Shown: positions 1 through 14,090 of the stretch, one piece after another
Layout: each line of letters starts with the position of its first letter
Numbering within the stretch: the stretch's first letter is position 1
Assembly: GCA_964057225.1 (NCBI GenBank)
Contig: OZ059894.1
Location: 5,766,001 to 5,830,000, forward strand
DNA: 64,000 bases
Direction of reading: 5' to 3'
Source: Auanema rhodensis
Taxonomy: Eukaryota; Animalia; Nematoda
Translations under genes and position numbers: made by a program
Notes under the pieces: generated by a model
What the model saw: only the letters and a program-made list of their open reading frames with translations
Databases searched by the model: none
Told to the model about the DNA's origin: nothing

Positions 1-3000
1 GAAACATATACATATATCTTCTTTTAATTTTAACATAGTTCATGATACACAACTCAGATGAAATAATAGAAATATTTCAGAAAGTAAAAGTGTAATGAGA
101 AATGGAAGCAATGGCCGAAGCACAACTGGCTTGCCGTTGTTTATCCTATCTATAGTTTTGTTTCCAAGGAAATGTTTCATGTCCAGCAGACAAATCATCA
201 TAAATTATTTTAAAATATAATATTAAATATTTAGTCCAAAAAATTTGAGAAGAAACATTTTTTTCTACTGGATATTATGCGACCACATACTAAGCTCAAT
301 TTCTTTGATTAAGCATTTTAGGCTCTTATTTACTCCTGCAGTTAAAGTGAAACGTCGAGGGAGTGTTTAGATGATGATCAATCCTTCCTCAGCTTTCACG
401 CTACTTTTCTTAGAGCCTCGTCAATCAACAATGTTTTTGCGAATTTTGGTGATTTCACAGAGTTTAAAAAAAAATTGTGTTCGTTTTCACTGACATAGAA
501 GTCTAGATTGACTAGAGACCCCCATATATCTTAACTTATTCAGGCCAGTTAAAAAATTCTTCTTGTTGTGTGCTGCCGAATTTTAGGCTGTTGTTGCATA
601 TTCAAAAGGGCATGTAGACGATTCCTCTGAAATACCATCAACAACTAGTGGACAAAATCTAAAAAATTGAAGTTATTACTCAACATAAAATGAAAATTTG
701 TCATTTTACAAGAATGCAATTGAAAAAAGATAAATGAAGATAGTCATAGGTAGGACATGAGGAAAATGAAAAGAACAAAGAGAAAAAAACAATAACTAGT
801 AAGAGTAAGATTGAATGAGAAATAACCGATCGTTGGACATAAGTTTAATGACTCAATGTCCGGTGCTTCTGCTGTACCACGTTTTGATGTTTTATCTAAC
901 TGTGACTTCTTATTAATCTTTTTCTCTCATCATTGATAGCCAGGAGAGTGAAGCACAAGAGATATGATACAACACTGAACATACGCAAATTGGTGACATT
1001 GGTTCATAGTACTCTCTAGAAGAGAGTAACAGTTGAAACAAAGACGAAGAAAAAAGTATGAGAAAGCAAAAAAGAAAAAAAGTAGAAAAGAAATGGAAAC
1101 TATTTAAAAGCATGAGAAAAGAAAAGGAGAGAGTGAGTTAGTTAGAAAGAATAGAGACTAGAAAATGCAGAGGAATAAGTGAAATGAAAAGAAAAAGAAA
1201 AAAGAAAGTAGGCATAGGATGTAGAGGACAGAACAGGAGGCATGGTGATGGGAGAGAAAAAAAAGAAGAAACAAAACACTATATAGGTGACAATTGTTGG
1301 AAGAAGCTCACTCATCTAGTAGTTGCTCAGTGTATCCCTGTTGTTCACTATTGAATAGATGCATGAAACTCTTGTTCGTATAATATATTAAGGTTTCAAG
1401 ATATTATTTTCTTCAAAGATGATAGAAATCACATACAATTGTCTTTATCTTTTCCGTATGCTATTACTTTTCCATGTTGCTTCTGGCTACTTTAGTGATA
1501 TTTTAGTATATGTGAAGAGATAGAAGAACGTGCTCGGAATGAAGAGGAGTAACACGAAATGAAGATAAAAAGGTGGCTGTTCTAAGACAACTAAATAGTT
1601 ATGCAACGAGATCAAAAATAGTAATTGGATTATAAAATAAAACCTAATTATCTGATTAAAGCAAAACAACATTAATATATTATACAATAATCAATTACTC
1701 AAAAAAATAAATTGGGACTGTCATTCAAAAATTAATAATGCTTAGACAGCTGAATGAATTCAATTGAATAGCCAAATACGAAATAATGTGAATGAAAGAA
1801 AACTTTTCTTCTTGTCATTGTCGTCGTTGCTGTTGCCTTGTTGGTTTGGCAAATGGCTTATCGAGAATAGAAACAACAACATAAAATAAAATAGCCTAAG
1901 CCCTTTTTGAAGAAGAAAATGTTATTTTTAAGCTTTCGAAAAGCTGCCTCTGTATGTATTTATGCAAAAACAACAAGCCATTATAGAGTAGTTTGAGCTA
2001 GAGAATGATATACATCATTTTATGTTCATGTATGCAAGTATTTAATTTGTATTTTATAAATAAGTTTAATTATGCTTTGATAATAATTCGAAAAAATTAA
2101 AAGAATTTCAAACTAAGTTAAATTGTACTAAAAAACTTTTTTATATTTTAATAGAAAAAATAAAATAAAAAATAAAAATGAAAACTTTATAAAAGTATTG
2201 CAAGATAATAGAGCTGCAGGACGGAGAAGAAGTCATGAATGAGGACAGGCGGACAAGCTTCGGGTTGAAGGGCAAAAACTATAGTCGCCACATGACCATT
2301 GGAAATAGACCTCGGAGAAAGATAGAAAGAGATGAAACAAAAAAATGAAAAAAGACGACCAGTGCTCAACAGAAATGAATGAGGAGTGATATGGCTTTGG
2401 AGACAACTGAAGCTGAAGGTGGATGATCAGAGCCCAGGTTAAGCATATTCAAGTTTTAGTTATCACTATATACATTTATTTGTGTATCATATATGTATAT
2501 ATAAATAAATAAATGTATATTTTACATATATCCATATATAGAAAAAATAAGTATATCTAGGACAATTTGGCATACTGTAGTTTTTACACAAAGAGAAAAG
2601 ACATAGTGGACACAGCAAAAGAGAGAGAGGGAAGAAGGGGAAAGGGTGAAGTAGATAGAAGGGAATGAAAACGAAAAAAGGACGACGGGAAACAAAACGA
2701 ACTACTACAGAGAAAGTAAAGAGAGTGAAACAGGGAGCAGATCGAGGACCAGCTGAGGGCATTCTCCAAAAAGGTTCTTGAACATTGTCAGAAAACAGCA
2801 AGATAGATAGATGGATTGGTTATGGATATTTTTAATATGGAGTTTTTTAGAGAATATGTCAGATATATGAAACTTAATGTACAAAGAACACCAGAAAAAT
2901 ATCTGTAAATGGAAGATAAATGGAACGCAACTTATTGTGGTAGAACATCTTATTCGTTCGAGAAAAAAATTTGCTACAAATGAGCTCGTATACGATATTT

Positions 3001-6000
3001 TACATATGAAATCGTAGTTTCACAGAATTTCAAAGCTGTAAGAAGTATTTGGAAGGAAAATGAGAAAGAAACAGAACGAAACGATACAACGTGTAATATG
3101 GCCGAAAGAAATGAAAAAAGCTAACGAGAGGGTTAGTTTCGAATGAAAAACATGGTCCTTCTGACAGCAAAATGTCGATGACGACGTCGCCATCGACAAC
3201 GACGCAGCTCTGCGAAGCGGAAGCAGGAGAGAGTAGGAGGAGGGAAAACCCCGATGGCAGTGCTGCAGGCCCAGCTCTTTTCTCATTTTCTTTTTTTCTC
3301 TCTTTTGCCTTTCTTTTTAAAAACAAGTCTCTTCTCTCTTTATATATCGTTTCATTCCTCCCTCCGGCAGCAGCCCAACAGCAGACACGAGAGCATCAAC
3401 AACAACAACAACTGCATGTGCGTGTGTGTGTGTCTGTATGTGTTTGTATGCACCAAGCCATGGGACACAAACAGAATAAGCAGATATACCACCAGGGAAC
3501 CCCTACGTTCTTGACTCGATTTCTTCGATACTCTCCTTTTATCCTAGTCTCTCACGTACTCTCTTCTGAAAATTTCCTATTTTGTTTTTCTCGTCCCCTT
3601 GTCCGCTTCTTCTCATCTAGGTATATATATCGCATTATCTATTTTTTAGTTTCATTGAAATATATAGACTACTTTGCATATAAATTTAGATTTCATGCAC
3701 CAGTTCCGTACATATACTTCCTCGATTTCATAAAAATGAACTGTAGAAGCAGTGTCGTTGTTTACGACATTATAATTGTCTTGCCTAGTTAAAGCCATAC
3801 TTTTTACGTTGACATTTTTAATTGGATACTCATTTATTGGCTGTTTGAAGCTACTTTAACTTCTTCAGAAGTACAGGCTGTTCAGAAATCAAGGGATTAA
3901 ATGGTGGATCTAATTAGATAGTTTCTCAAGCTCAATTCTATTTGCTCTCGATCTAACTTCTTTGAAGCATGATTCGGCCCTCCAAAACAGGACATAACAA
4001 AGCACAAACTGCCCCCCGTGCTTTCTATCATCCTTCTTTTCTCTATTTCTCTAAGTCTCATATTTTTTCTATCTCTATCATTATATGTATGTGGCTAGTA
4101 TATGTTTCTTCGTTTTTCTCTTTTCCTAAACATTTCTGATAGAAAAAAAACGAGATCCAAAAACTTTGTCGGCAGAATATATTCGGATAGAAGGAAACTT
4201 AGTTTCGTTTGCATTGAAAATGTAGAGCAGAATCGAGAAAGTTGATAGAATGACTTTTATCAAACTCTGTAACATAGGTAAGGGTACGACTATTTTCGGT
4301 ACATCAGACAAAATAAAAATCTGATTGGTTTCGGAGTGAGAAATATATATTGGAATAAAACAAGTATATTAACAGAATAACAAGGAAATGAGGCAGGGTT
4401 TATATATTTTGAAAACTCTTCATTGTCAAAAAGTTTAAAAGATAATAGACGTATATCAAATGAGCAAAAAAAAAGTAAAAAGAAAAAAAAAGCAAACGGT
4501 ATCTACAACTTCTTCTTGTTTTTTTATTTTTCGTTGTTTTTTCTTATGCTTTCTCTATCCGAAGATAAATGCCCCATGGCTCATCAACAAAACAACTAAC
4601 CACAGAGTCTCTTTTCTCACGTCCCTCTCTCTCTCTCTCCCTCCCTTTTTTTCTTATTCTCTCATTTTTTGAGTCTCTTTCAACATCATTTTCTCTGACT
4701 TTTGTTACTCGGTTCACTCACTCTTTTCTCCATCAGAGCCATCCGGAGGGAGACTTTCCTCTGAATTTAAGATTCGTTTCGCCATGTGGAAGGCCAAAAC
4801 AGGGAGAAGAACGGCAATGATTCGAAAAGATATGTCAAAAACACAAGAATAGATAATAAGAATCTGGTTATGACATGCATTTTCTGCTTTTTTAAAAACT
4901 CTTGTTTCATATTTAGTACATTCTAAACGCAATGAAATGAGAATAAAAAGATGAGGAATATAGAGACACATCAAATGCACCAAAAATTGAAGAGGCTAAC
5001 GAGAAAATGAAAAACTTTTATTTTGAATGAAAAGTAACGGATGTGTGACAGTGAGCAAGCGAACAAACCATGAATATGTCCGAGTCCAATTACAGATTGG
5101 TCTTATGACATTAGAAAAAAGGGAATAAGTAGGGTGTGAATTATATTCTAAACACAAATGTAGACAAGGAGGGAAAATTGTGGGGGGGGGGGACAGAATA
5201 GATAAGGGAAAAATGAGAAAGAACGAAAGGGGAAACAGAAGGACGATATATGATTGAGAACAACGGAAAAAGAAATTGTTCCTATTTTTTGCATGTCCTG
5301 CAAAAATTCCTGTGCTCTTATAGTTGCTATCCACGTACATTACTTCGTGACAACTAATAAGCAGCATATTTTATTCTTAAATAATTGAAGTAAAATACTT
5401 TATTATAATAAGAAAAGTAGAAGCATACCGGGATGCCATGAAACTTAGGATTTGGAACTTGAGACTTGGTTGTTGCAAAACAAGCTTTGAGCTAGTCAAA
5501 GAAAGACAGTGGCTGATCTACTATTTTGCTTTGAATGCTTTCTAGAGAGTGAGCGAATAGAGGAAAAATAAGAGCAAGCTCATCATTTTCCAGAAGGCCC
5601 CTGTTTCTAGTATTCAGCAAAAAAAACGATGAGAGGAGCGGAACACACATACGTACATATTCACATGCACACGAAGACGACCAGACAGACCAGCAAAATA
5701 GGCAGAAAGAGAGCAGAACGAGAAAAAAGGACGTTGACGTCGTCCAATCGTCGCTGAGAAGCGGGTAGACAGACCAGCAGAAAGAACAGCATAGGCAAGA
5801 AAAAATGGGGAGCGAAATGGGAGTGGGACGAAGAGAGAACGCATGAAAGAAAGAGTGGAGAGAGAGGAAAAGGAGGAGAAGAGATATATAGAAAGAGAGA
5901 GTGGAAAAGGGGATAAGAGTTGGAGAGAAAACAAAATAGTTGGTTGTAGAGCATGAATAATAAAGAGAGCAGAGCACAAGAAAAAAGATAAAAAGAAGAA

Positions 6001-9000
6001 TGAAAGAGAAAGATATGTAGAAAGGGGAGAGAAAAAAGAAAATGAAAGGAAAGGAGTTTCAGTCACACGCGAAAAGCAGCCAGCTGCTAGAGCTGGCTCT
6101 GCTGGCAGTCGACAGAAAAACATCGTCGGACCAAGCCCTCGATATGGGCATCCCGAGGAGACAGCCATGCAGAAGGCGGAGAAGGCAGAGGGCCTGAGTC
6201 TGCCTGCCGACAACTGCCAGCCGGACGACGAACGATGGCGTCGTCGACAACGACGACAACGAATGAACGACGCGTTTAGGCCAAGCCACAAACAGATAGA
6301 CGACATAAGTAAAAAACGACGATGGGGACCAAGACAAAAATGAAAAACTAGTATACGAATATGTCAAAAAGTATATCCATCAGTATTTTCTTTTTCGGAA
6401 CATTGAATCTGCAACAGTAGGATGAAAGATTTTACATCACTGTGAGACCATCACAAAAAAAGCAACAAAAAACATAAAAAAAGCAAAAAATGCTGACAAA
6501 GTTGCTTGTTGGGTCGTGTGCCCATGGGAGCTACGGCCATGGTAAACGAACCACTGTTTGCAATCAAATAGCGAAAACACAAAAATGGATGAACTAGTCA
6601 ACATGTATGGAAGAAATGAGTAAACTGAGCAACAGACCGTTGAGCCGAAAGGGTATGGAGCGGGGGATGGCATTACGGTCACATTTCGGTATAGACAAGA
6701 TGAAAACAAAATAGAGAAATTTAATGATATACAATATATGTATGTGTATAAGTGTGGACTACAATATGAACAAGTAAATGAGTATAATGAAGCAAGATAG
6801 CTAGAATGAGAGAGGTTCAGTATCGAACATCTTACAGCAGAAAATGGAGAATGCAATATCATGAAACAACGAAAAAGGTTTGAAACTTGATATTCGTATA
6901 CGGCGGAGGAGGATGGCCATTGGAAGAAGCATAACCCAACAAAGGCAGAAATAACGAAAACATAAAGAATAAAACATTTACGTATACAAGGTAGGAAAAA
7001 GTTAAATATTTTGTTGCATGAATTACAGAACAGAATATGCTACGTGTAGATAAAACATATAACATATTATGAACAGAGAAAAAGAAGCCAGAGAATTATA
7101 GAAAACCTAGATGATAGTTGAACTCTTTTCATTTTTGCTACCTTTTTCTATCTTTGTCTATCACATTTTCTTTTTCTTACTTGCTTTTTTTGTCAGCTGT
7201 TGAGGCACATATTTTGTTTTCCTACTATACGACCACTTGCCACAGAACCAAAAGCGGTCATGAGAGCGAAAGAAAGGATGAGACTCACGAAATTTAAAGC
7301 ATTAGGGCTGCTTTGATGAGAAAAAATATTTCTCAAAATTGAACTTTCAAATACAGGAAATATGAAAAGATGTGGAAGTTTTGTTTAAATCTCTAGACAC
7401 GAATATCGTTAAGCATTCAGTTATCAGATTTTGTATTTTGAATATGTAAATCTCTATCACCTGACAACAAGTGCCGCAGATTAAGCTTATACATCCTGAT
7501 TGCTTTGTTGTTATTTAGTATATATTTTCTCTTTTTTGATTACTATACAAGAAGTAGAGAATATTATAACAATTTATTAAACTAGCATTATATCATATTA
7601 TTTTTTCCCGAAAAAATATTAATAAGCTTTTCCCATTAGATTACATATTAAAAATAGTTTTCCTCACATTTTTCAGAAAAAAATAATAGCCAAAAACAAG
7701 AAAAATGGTCTATCAATTATATTAGAAATAAAATAACTATTTAGTTTTCAAAATTTTAAATTATACTTTTATTTGATTTTTATCTGTTAATTCTGTTAAA
7801 TATATTTATTAGCATACAACTATGGAAAATATTAAAATATCAATAAAAAAAATTTTGAGGAAGTTTTTTTTCATGTTTTTCATTTATTCTGGAGTTGTGT
7901 TTGAGATACTGGCCGAAAAATGAAAAATATTGTCAAAGTGCTTGCTAAATTTTCAGATGACTAATGGTCAATCGCAAGTAAAGCTTTCTAAAAAGCTTTA
8001 TCTCTTGGGAGAACTACATACAAAGTGTTCTCTCTCTCAACTTAGCATGTCCTCCTTTCTTACATGCTTCCTTTGCACCCTTCCTCTCTTTCTCGTCCTT
8101 TCTCCCTATTTGTCGTATGCTCTGTTCCTCTCACCCTTATCCTCTGTCTGTATCCAATTCCCCCTCTCCTTTTCTTCAAAAATTGATGTCTGAATGACCA
8201 AAAGTAGAAGTACATATGTACTTGCCTAAAAGAACTTTCTGTATGGATGAACGACAAATTTTAAACGACGTCACTTTCATTCAGCTGATTATATTGCATA
8301 GTAAAAAGCAAATTTCAGTCATATGTTGTTTGAAGTAAATAGATATAGTTTCGTATGACATATGAACATCTTCTATCAAAGCTGCTATTATTTTATCCTT
8401 CAAAAAACATATTAAGTGATTTGATGAAAATTTAAACGATTAACTCTACTACAATATCTTTATACCCATTTTATATCTTTTTCATATATTCTATACTTTT
8501 GGAATGCTTATTAAAATTATATAAAAATGACCATACTATGCATAATATTCAGGAGAACTCATGTACTTTGTTTGATTCAATTCTCAGAAAGGCTTATTGA
8601 CCTAAAGTGGAACAAAGCTTTCCCGAGTTTCTAGATTAGAATCTACTGAAAAAATATGCATGAATTTTTAATTTTCAGAACTAATAACGTGCTTATTTAG
8701 TAAATTAAATAAATGTTAAACACAAAAATATACATATAATCTCTTCACATCCACTCTTCACACATCTTGTGTTGCTACACGAACAAATTTATGTTTTAGT
8801 TTGAGTTTTTAAAAAGATTTTTGGTTTGATTCATGAAGTTCAACAAAAATTGTTCAAGTTTTGAATAAGTAGGATAATATGAAATGAACTCTGTACATAC
8901 AAATTTTTAATTTTAATTATTCTACCTTCTATGTAGTATAGTATTAAAATTCAACATTATTTCCAAGTTTAGTTACGTTATAAGAAATAACTGAAATCAA

Positions 9001-11269
9001 AAAAGAATAAATTGATAACGTATATTCAATTTTTCATAGAAATTCGTTATCAATAGCTTCAACAGAATATTAAAAATAGCAGGGGGCGTATGAACAGATG
9101 TTAACAATCCCATTGAATACATTTTTCTAGAATATATGAAAAAGGTACAAAAAAAATCAAATAGTATTGAAAAAATGTTTAAAAAATTTGTAAGACAAAA
9201 TAAAGAATAATTTCGATTTTTTTAAATTTTCGGGTTTTAGTTGTTGCAGGCTTTGTCTGTCGGTGCCCGTTTTATTCGACCCTTGTGTGAATTGCTGCCA
9301 ATCCAGCTGTGACAGCCCATACAATTGTGTTGGACGGCAACAGAACTTAGAATACAGTGAGAATTTTTTTAAAAGAACATGATATTGTCGTATTGAGCGT
9401 ATCAATCCGAAAAGCTTACAAATTTAAAAATTTTCAAAAAAAATAAAGAATTTCGTCTTAAAAGAAGTCTAAACTGAACATCATCATAGAAATTGATTGA
9501 GATAAAATCTAACTTTATTATGTGGTCTAAAATCTTTGGTAAAAAGAATACTCGGACGTTCACTCTGGATCAGAGCCAATCGTTTGAAGAAAAAAAAGAG
9601 GCAGCTGTGGTATGTAAGAAAAATATCAAGTAGTATACGAAAAATAAAATCGAAAACAAAAAAAAAGTAAAATGTTTGAAAGAATAGCCAAATTACGCTA
9701 TCCTGTGAAAAAAATTATAAAGTGGACCTTGATAGCTAAGGCAATGCTCATTGAAAATCTCAGAGTGTGCTTTTGCTTTAGACAGAAATAGTTCAAACTT
9801 TTTCGAGAAATGATCGGAAAAAACAAAAAATATTTTGGGCATTAGATAGAGTTAAAAGTTCATGAAAATACAAATAGGAAACGTAATTTAAAGAGAGTTC
9901 ATGTAACAAGTGGGATCGCCTCAAATGATTGTAACACAATAAAAACTATGAAGTTACAAGGAAAATAAACTTGAATGAAATGAAAGCCTGAAAAGCTTTA
10001 TTTAAGAGAAAAAGGTGCACGAATGCCGAACATAGAATAGCCATTGGAAATGGACTGATGTGTTAGTATGTTCATGTGTCTGCGTCTCGAATAATACGGC
10101 AGTCTATACACACAAATGGGCATGAAAGCATATATAGATACATATATGTATATACATGCACAGAAAAAAAAAGAGAAAGAAAACGAAAAGATACGGATGA
10201 GAGTGGCAAACTAAGAATCAGAGAAACGAGAGTGGGCTGCTGTTCAGAGAAAGAGCCTCCAGCCGCCGTTGTCGTTTTGTCCCCCCCCCCCCCTCAGCAG
10301 AGAGTAAAAAAAAGAAAGAAAAAGCGAAAGAGATTATAAAACATAGAGGGAAAGAAAAAAGAACCAAATAGAACTTCTGGCTGTTGCTGTTACTGCTCGA
10401 CTGACTGATGCCTTTACTTCAGCTGCCTGAAGTCCGTATAAAGCAAAGCAAACATACCATGGTGCCTGAGTGATTATTTCTCATTTTGTGAAAATATTTT
10501 AGAAAAAAAAATAACATAAAAATTTTTTTCGTTCTTGGTTATAAAAGTAGTCATCGAAGCTTCATCTTGTAAATGAGAAAATTTTGCCTTTTCACATACT
10601 TCAAAACCTGAAATCAGATCTCAGGTAGACCTTTTACGTCTCTCATTGTATTCATTCGGCAATTTTTTCAGTTTTCTATTCAAGAAAATCATTGCAGAGC
10701 ATACGGTAAACTAAAGAAACGAAGTAAGCTCTATTGAAAACCAATTTTATATACAACGTTATTTTAAGAAAGTTTTAATGATGCTCCTATTAATACGAAA
10801 GTGAATATTAATAATAATAATACTCGGTAAAAGAAAAAGAACAAGTAATAGCGATGAATAAAAAATAATTAATTAACTGTTTATTTATATTTAATTCAAG
10901 AAATTAAAAAAAACCAAATGAAGTTTGTAATCAATATTGTATTAGAAACAGTGCTATTTGGCAATTGCTTATGAGTTCACGATAAGAATTCTATATTTTC
11001 CATACTTCAAATATTAAATATAAAATTGTTTTCAGAATACTGTAATATCCTAGTGCTTAAACATATGTTTATTAACATTTATTTTTCTTTTTGTTTCCAA
11101 CAGCCATGCTAAAGCAAGAAATGGAGAAAAAAAGTGAAAAAAATAATAAAAAATAATACTAATCAAACCTATAAAGTTTTAAAACGTTTTTCGTTTCAAT
11201 TTCTTGATATATTTTTTATAATATGGAATTTCAATCGAATCAATTAACGGTAAAGAGGAAAGAACAGAA

Positions 11270-11279
11270 AGAGGGAGAA

Positions 11280-11315
<36 letters not shown>

Positions 11316-11320
11316 GGAGA
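11270..11320. repeat. (GA)n microsatellite
   Basis: Interrupted gagagaga run seen directly. Confidence 0.9.
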
Positions 11321-11986
11321 AAAAAAAGACAGACAGAGAATAATATGACGATAGAGAGTAGGATGAAGACAGAAAACAAAAAAATAATTGACAGTAGAGA
11401 GACGAAGAGATATTTTTATAGACCATGCAAAAGAAGGAATATACGGCAGGTTCAACGAGACTGTGGATATAGAAAAAGAGAATTTTTTTTGGTTCTTGTG
11501 TATACCATTGACGTTCCCGACTCATAATATTATATTTCAAAAAGTGAAACCTAGGCTAAACCTGATATCAGTGATTTTTCTTTCTGAAACCAGTAATCGA
11601 ACCGACTGAAACAGAAACAAAAACGATTTTTTACAATATTTCCGATGCTTAATTCAATTTATAAGCTCAAATATATATTATATTGTTATATATTAATTAA
11701 TCATTGTAATTAAGTTTAATTATAGTTTATTTCTTGCTACAATGAAACGAGAATAGTAAACAAATAACAGTACGATTGATCTAACGTATAAGTAGGGAAT
11801 GAAAAAAAAAAGAAAAAAAAAAACAAATTATTTGATAAGAATAACATTACAAGATTAAAATTGTGTCATACAATGTTTTAAACATTTCGTGAATAAAGAA
11901 ATGTAAGAATTAAATAAAAATTAATAAAAATTTTGAATTTTAAAAAATTCAACGTTATAAAACAAAATAAACTAAAAGGCTAAAAC

Positions 11987-12545
11987 TTAAAAATCAACAT
12001 CATTATCAGTCCTCACATGAATGTAGTACTTGAACAATTGATCTTCTTTACGTTCGGAACCTGGGAAATTCAAAGTTAAAGCTTATTGCTGAAAAGGATT
12101 TTTTTTGATGAATTAAATAATTTATTTGTCTAACTTACTATAATTCAATAAGGAAGAAATTTGCCAGGTTGTGAAAACAATCTGCGTGATTGCTATCAAA
12201 ATGTCTTCTGTTGTTAATGAAATGAACGAATCACAGAAATAGTAAAAGAATATGAGTAGTAATATACGAAGAATATTGAGAAATGCTTGAGGTATGCACG
12301 CAATCCACTGAAATGCATTGTCGTAACAGGATGAGAAAAACTTGGCCAAGTTTATCACATGATCTCATAGATATTGGGAAATTAAATAAAAATTTTTACA
12401 AAACTGCAGAATCATTTTAAGGGCTGGAATCTTTTTTTAGTAATACCTGTAATAACTGTAAACCATAGCTAGTACAAATCAAGCTCAGAAAATAATTTGA
12501 AAACACAAATATTGCTTCGAAGGCTGAGAGTAAAGTTTCAATCAT
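11987..12545 (-). CDS. Small hydrophobic multi-pass membrane protein of unknown family, 3 exons (12447-12545, 12139-12307, 11987-12060), 113 aa; may have further 5' exons
   Basis: TTATAG|ATG start and GT-AG introns (CAG|GTATTA, TTTCAG|TGG, TATA|GTAAGT, TTCCCAG|GT) join in frame (342 nt) to MIETLLSAFEAIFVFSNYFLSLICTSYGLQLLQ-WIACIPQAFLNILRILLLIFFYYFCDSFISLTTEDILIAITQIVFTTWQISSLLNY-SSERKEDQLFKYYIHVRTDNDVDF*. About 3 hydrophobic segments. No homologue recognised. Confidence 0.5.
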
Positions 12546-13766
12546 CTATAATTAGATCAATCGCAATAGATCAGAGTTCAGAGAAGAAATAAAAAAAAAA
12601 GAAAATTTAAAATATGGTTTATATCATTAGTATTGTTGTCATATGATATTAGAAGTAAAGTATATTTCAGAAATCATCATCATCTCAAAATGATTGAGCA
12701 GAACGTATCATTATGTTTTTTTTTGTTTCAGAACAAGGGAAATCAAAAAAATAGTTGAAGAAAAAGTTGTGTTAATATATGATGATTGTAGGTAATGAGG
12801 AGATTGCTCAAGAGAGTTAGAGTAATGCGCTTATAACGAGGATAAATGACATGAGAAACAGATGAATGCTGCAAGACAGAACACCTTAATCGGACAAGAT
12901 TAAGCGAAGTATGGAGAAGGAAACCATAACAAGACAGAGAGGAGATTATAGAAATATAAAGAGAGAAGAAAATACAGAGAGGAAGAGATAAAGAGAGAAA
13001 GTATAAGACAAAGAATGGAGTGAGAGAATTCAGGAAACGATTGTTTTATATATGTGGACAGCAAGGCCAAAAGTGCAATACTAGTTGATCATGTTGGTCA
13101 TTTAAAAAGAAAAAGTTCTGATTGGTTTCTGGCACACGTATGAAATTATTTTAATTGTAATAAAAATGATAACTGCGGAACAATGATCAAACAAATTAGT
13201 GACCGTGATCACTTAGCCTGATGCACCTGATGTTCATGAATAATATGAACAGTTGTGGAAAAATAAAAGAAAAAAATGAAGAAGTAATAAGGTGCCTGAC
13301 TATCCTGCTACATGTCGTATGTAAATAAGCATTAAGGTAAAATCAAAGACTTTCACTTTCATTGAACTAAAAGGACAACGGGCTATCAGGTATGTTTAGA
13401 TGTTTTGCACAATATTATAATGAAATTATGCCGTAAAAACAAAATACATTATAGAACATCACCAGATATATAAATCGATTTGATTTTTATACAAACAAGT
13501 AGATAAAATGATATAATTTGTTACATTACTCATAACTTTTCAACTAGTTTTTTTATGAAAAGAAATACTGAACATATATTTAGGTGCATGCACTTACGGA
13601 ACAGGAAACAGTGCACGCTCTTATGAAAGGACAACGTTTTAATTTGTTTTTATAATGTAAACAAACACGTTCATGGAAATTTATTTATTTTTCGAATATT
13701 AACAAAATACTTAGTAGTATACTTAATGCAAGAAACTTTGTGCAGAAATAAAAAAATTAGAGATTT

Positions 13767-14090
13767 TTATCGTCTACGACGTCCGAACCCTGCTGTGGAA
13801 TCCAAGAGGTTTGCATCAAAACCTCCAAAGCTACGTGTTGCTCCCATTGAATGTGCTGAAGCTGAACCACGACTTGCTAAAATTGAGATCAATTAGACGA
13901 AATTGCGTTAGAAAAAAACTTGATCAATATAATTGGTTAGAAACATAAAATACAAATTTGAGAAAATCAACTCACAATATGGCTGAGCATATGCATATAT
14001 AGGCGCCTGATTCATCATCAATTGCATATCTTCATTGAATATATTAGCATTTACAGAAGCCAATAGAACAACAAAAAGAAGATAATACAT
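13767..14090 (-). CDS. Neuropeptide-like (nlp-type) precursor, 2 exons (13976-14090, 13767-13876), 74 aa
   Basis: Signal peptide MYYLLFVVLLASVNA. Intron GTGAG...TTTTAG joins in frame to ...AQPYSSRGSASAHSMGATR-SFGGFDANLLDSTAGF-G-RRRR*. Gly followed by a polybasic end is an amidation/cleavage signal. TTTTCAG acceptor at 14127-14133 upstream of the ATG. Confidence 0.8.

Noticed and set aside
510-531. TGACTAGAGAC resembling the miR-44/279 family
   Set aside because: No complementary arm nearby to form a precursor.
913-11609. Many F/L/S-rich or K/R/E-rich ORFs in the track (also across 26.7-54.7 kb)
   Set aside because: They are translations of GA/CT and AT low-complexity tracts, with no domains or consistent splice structure.
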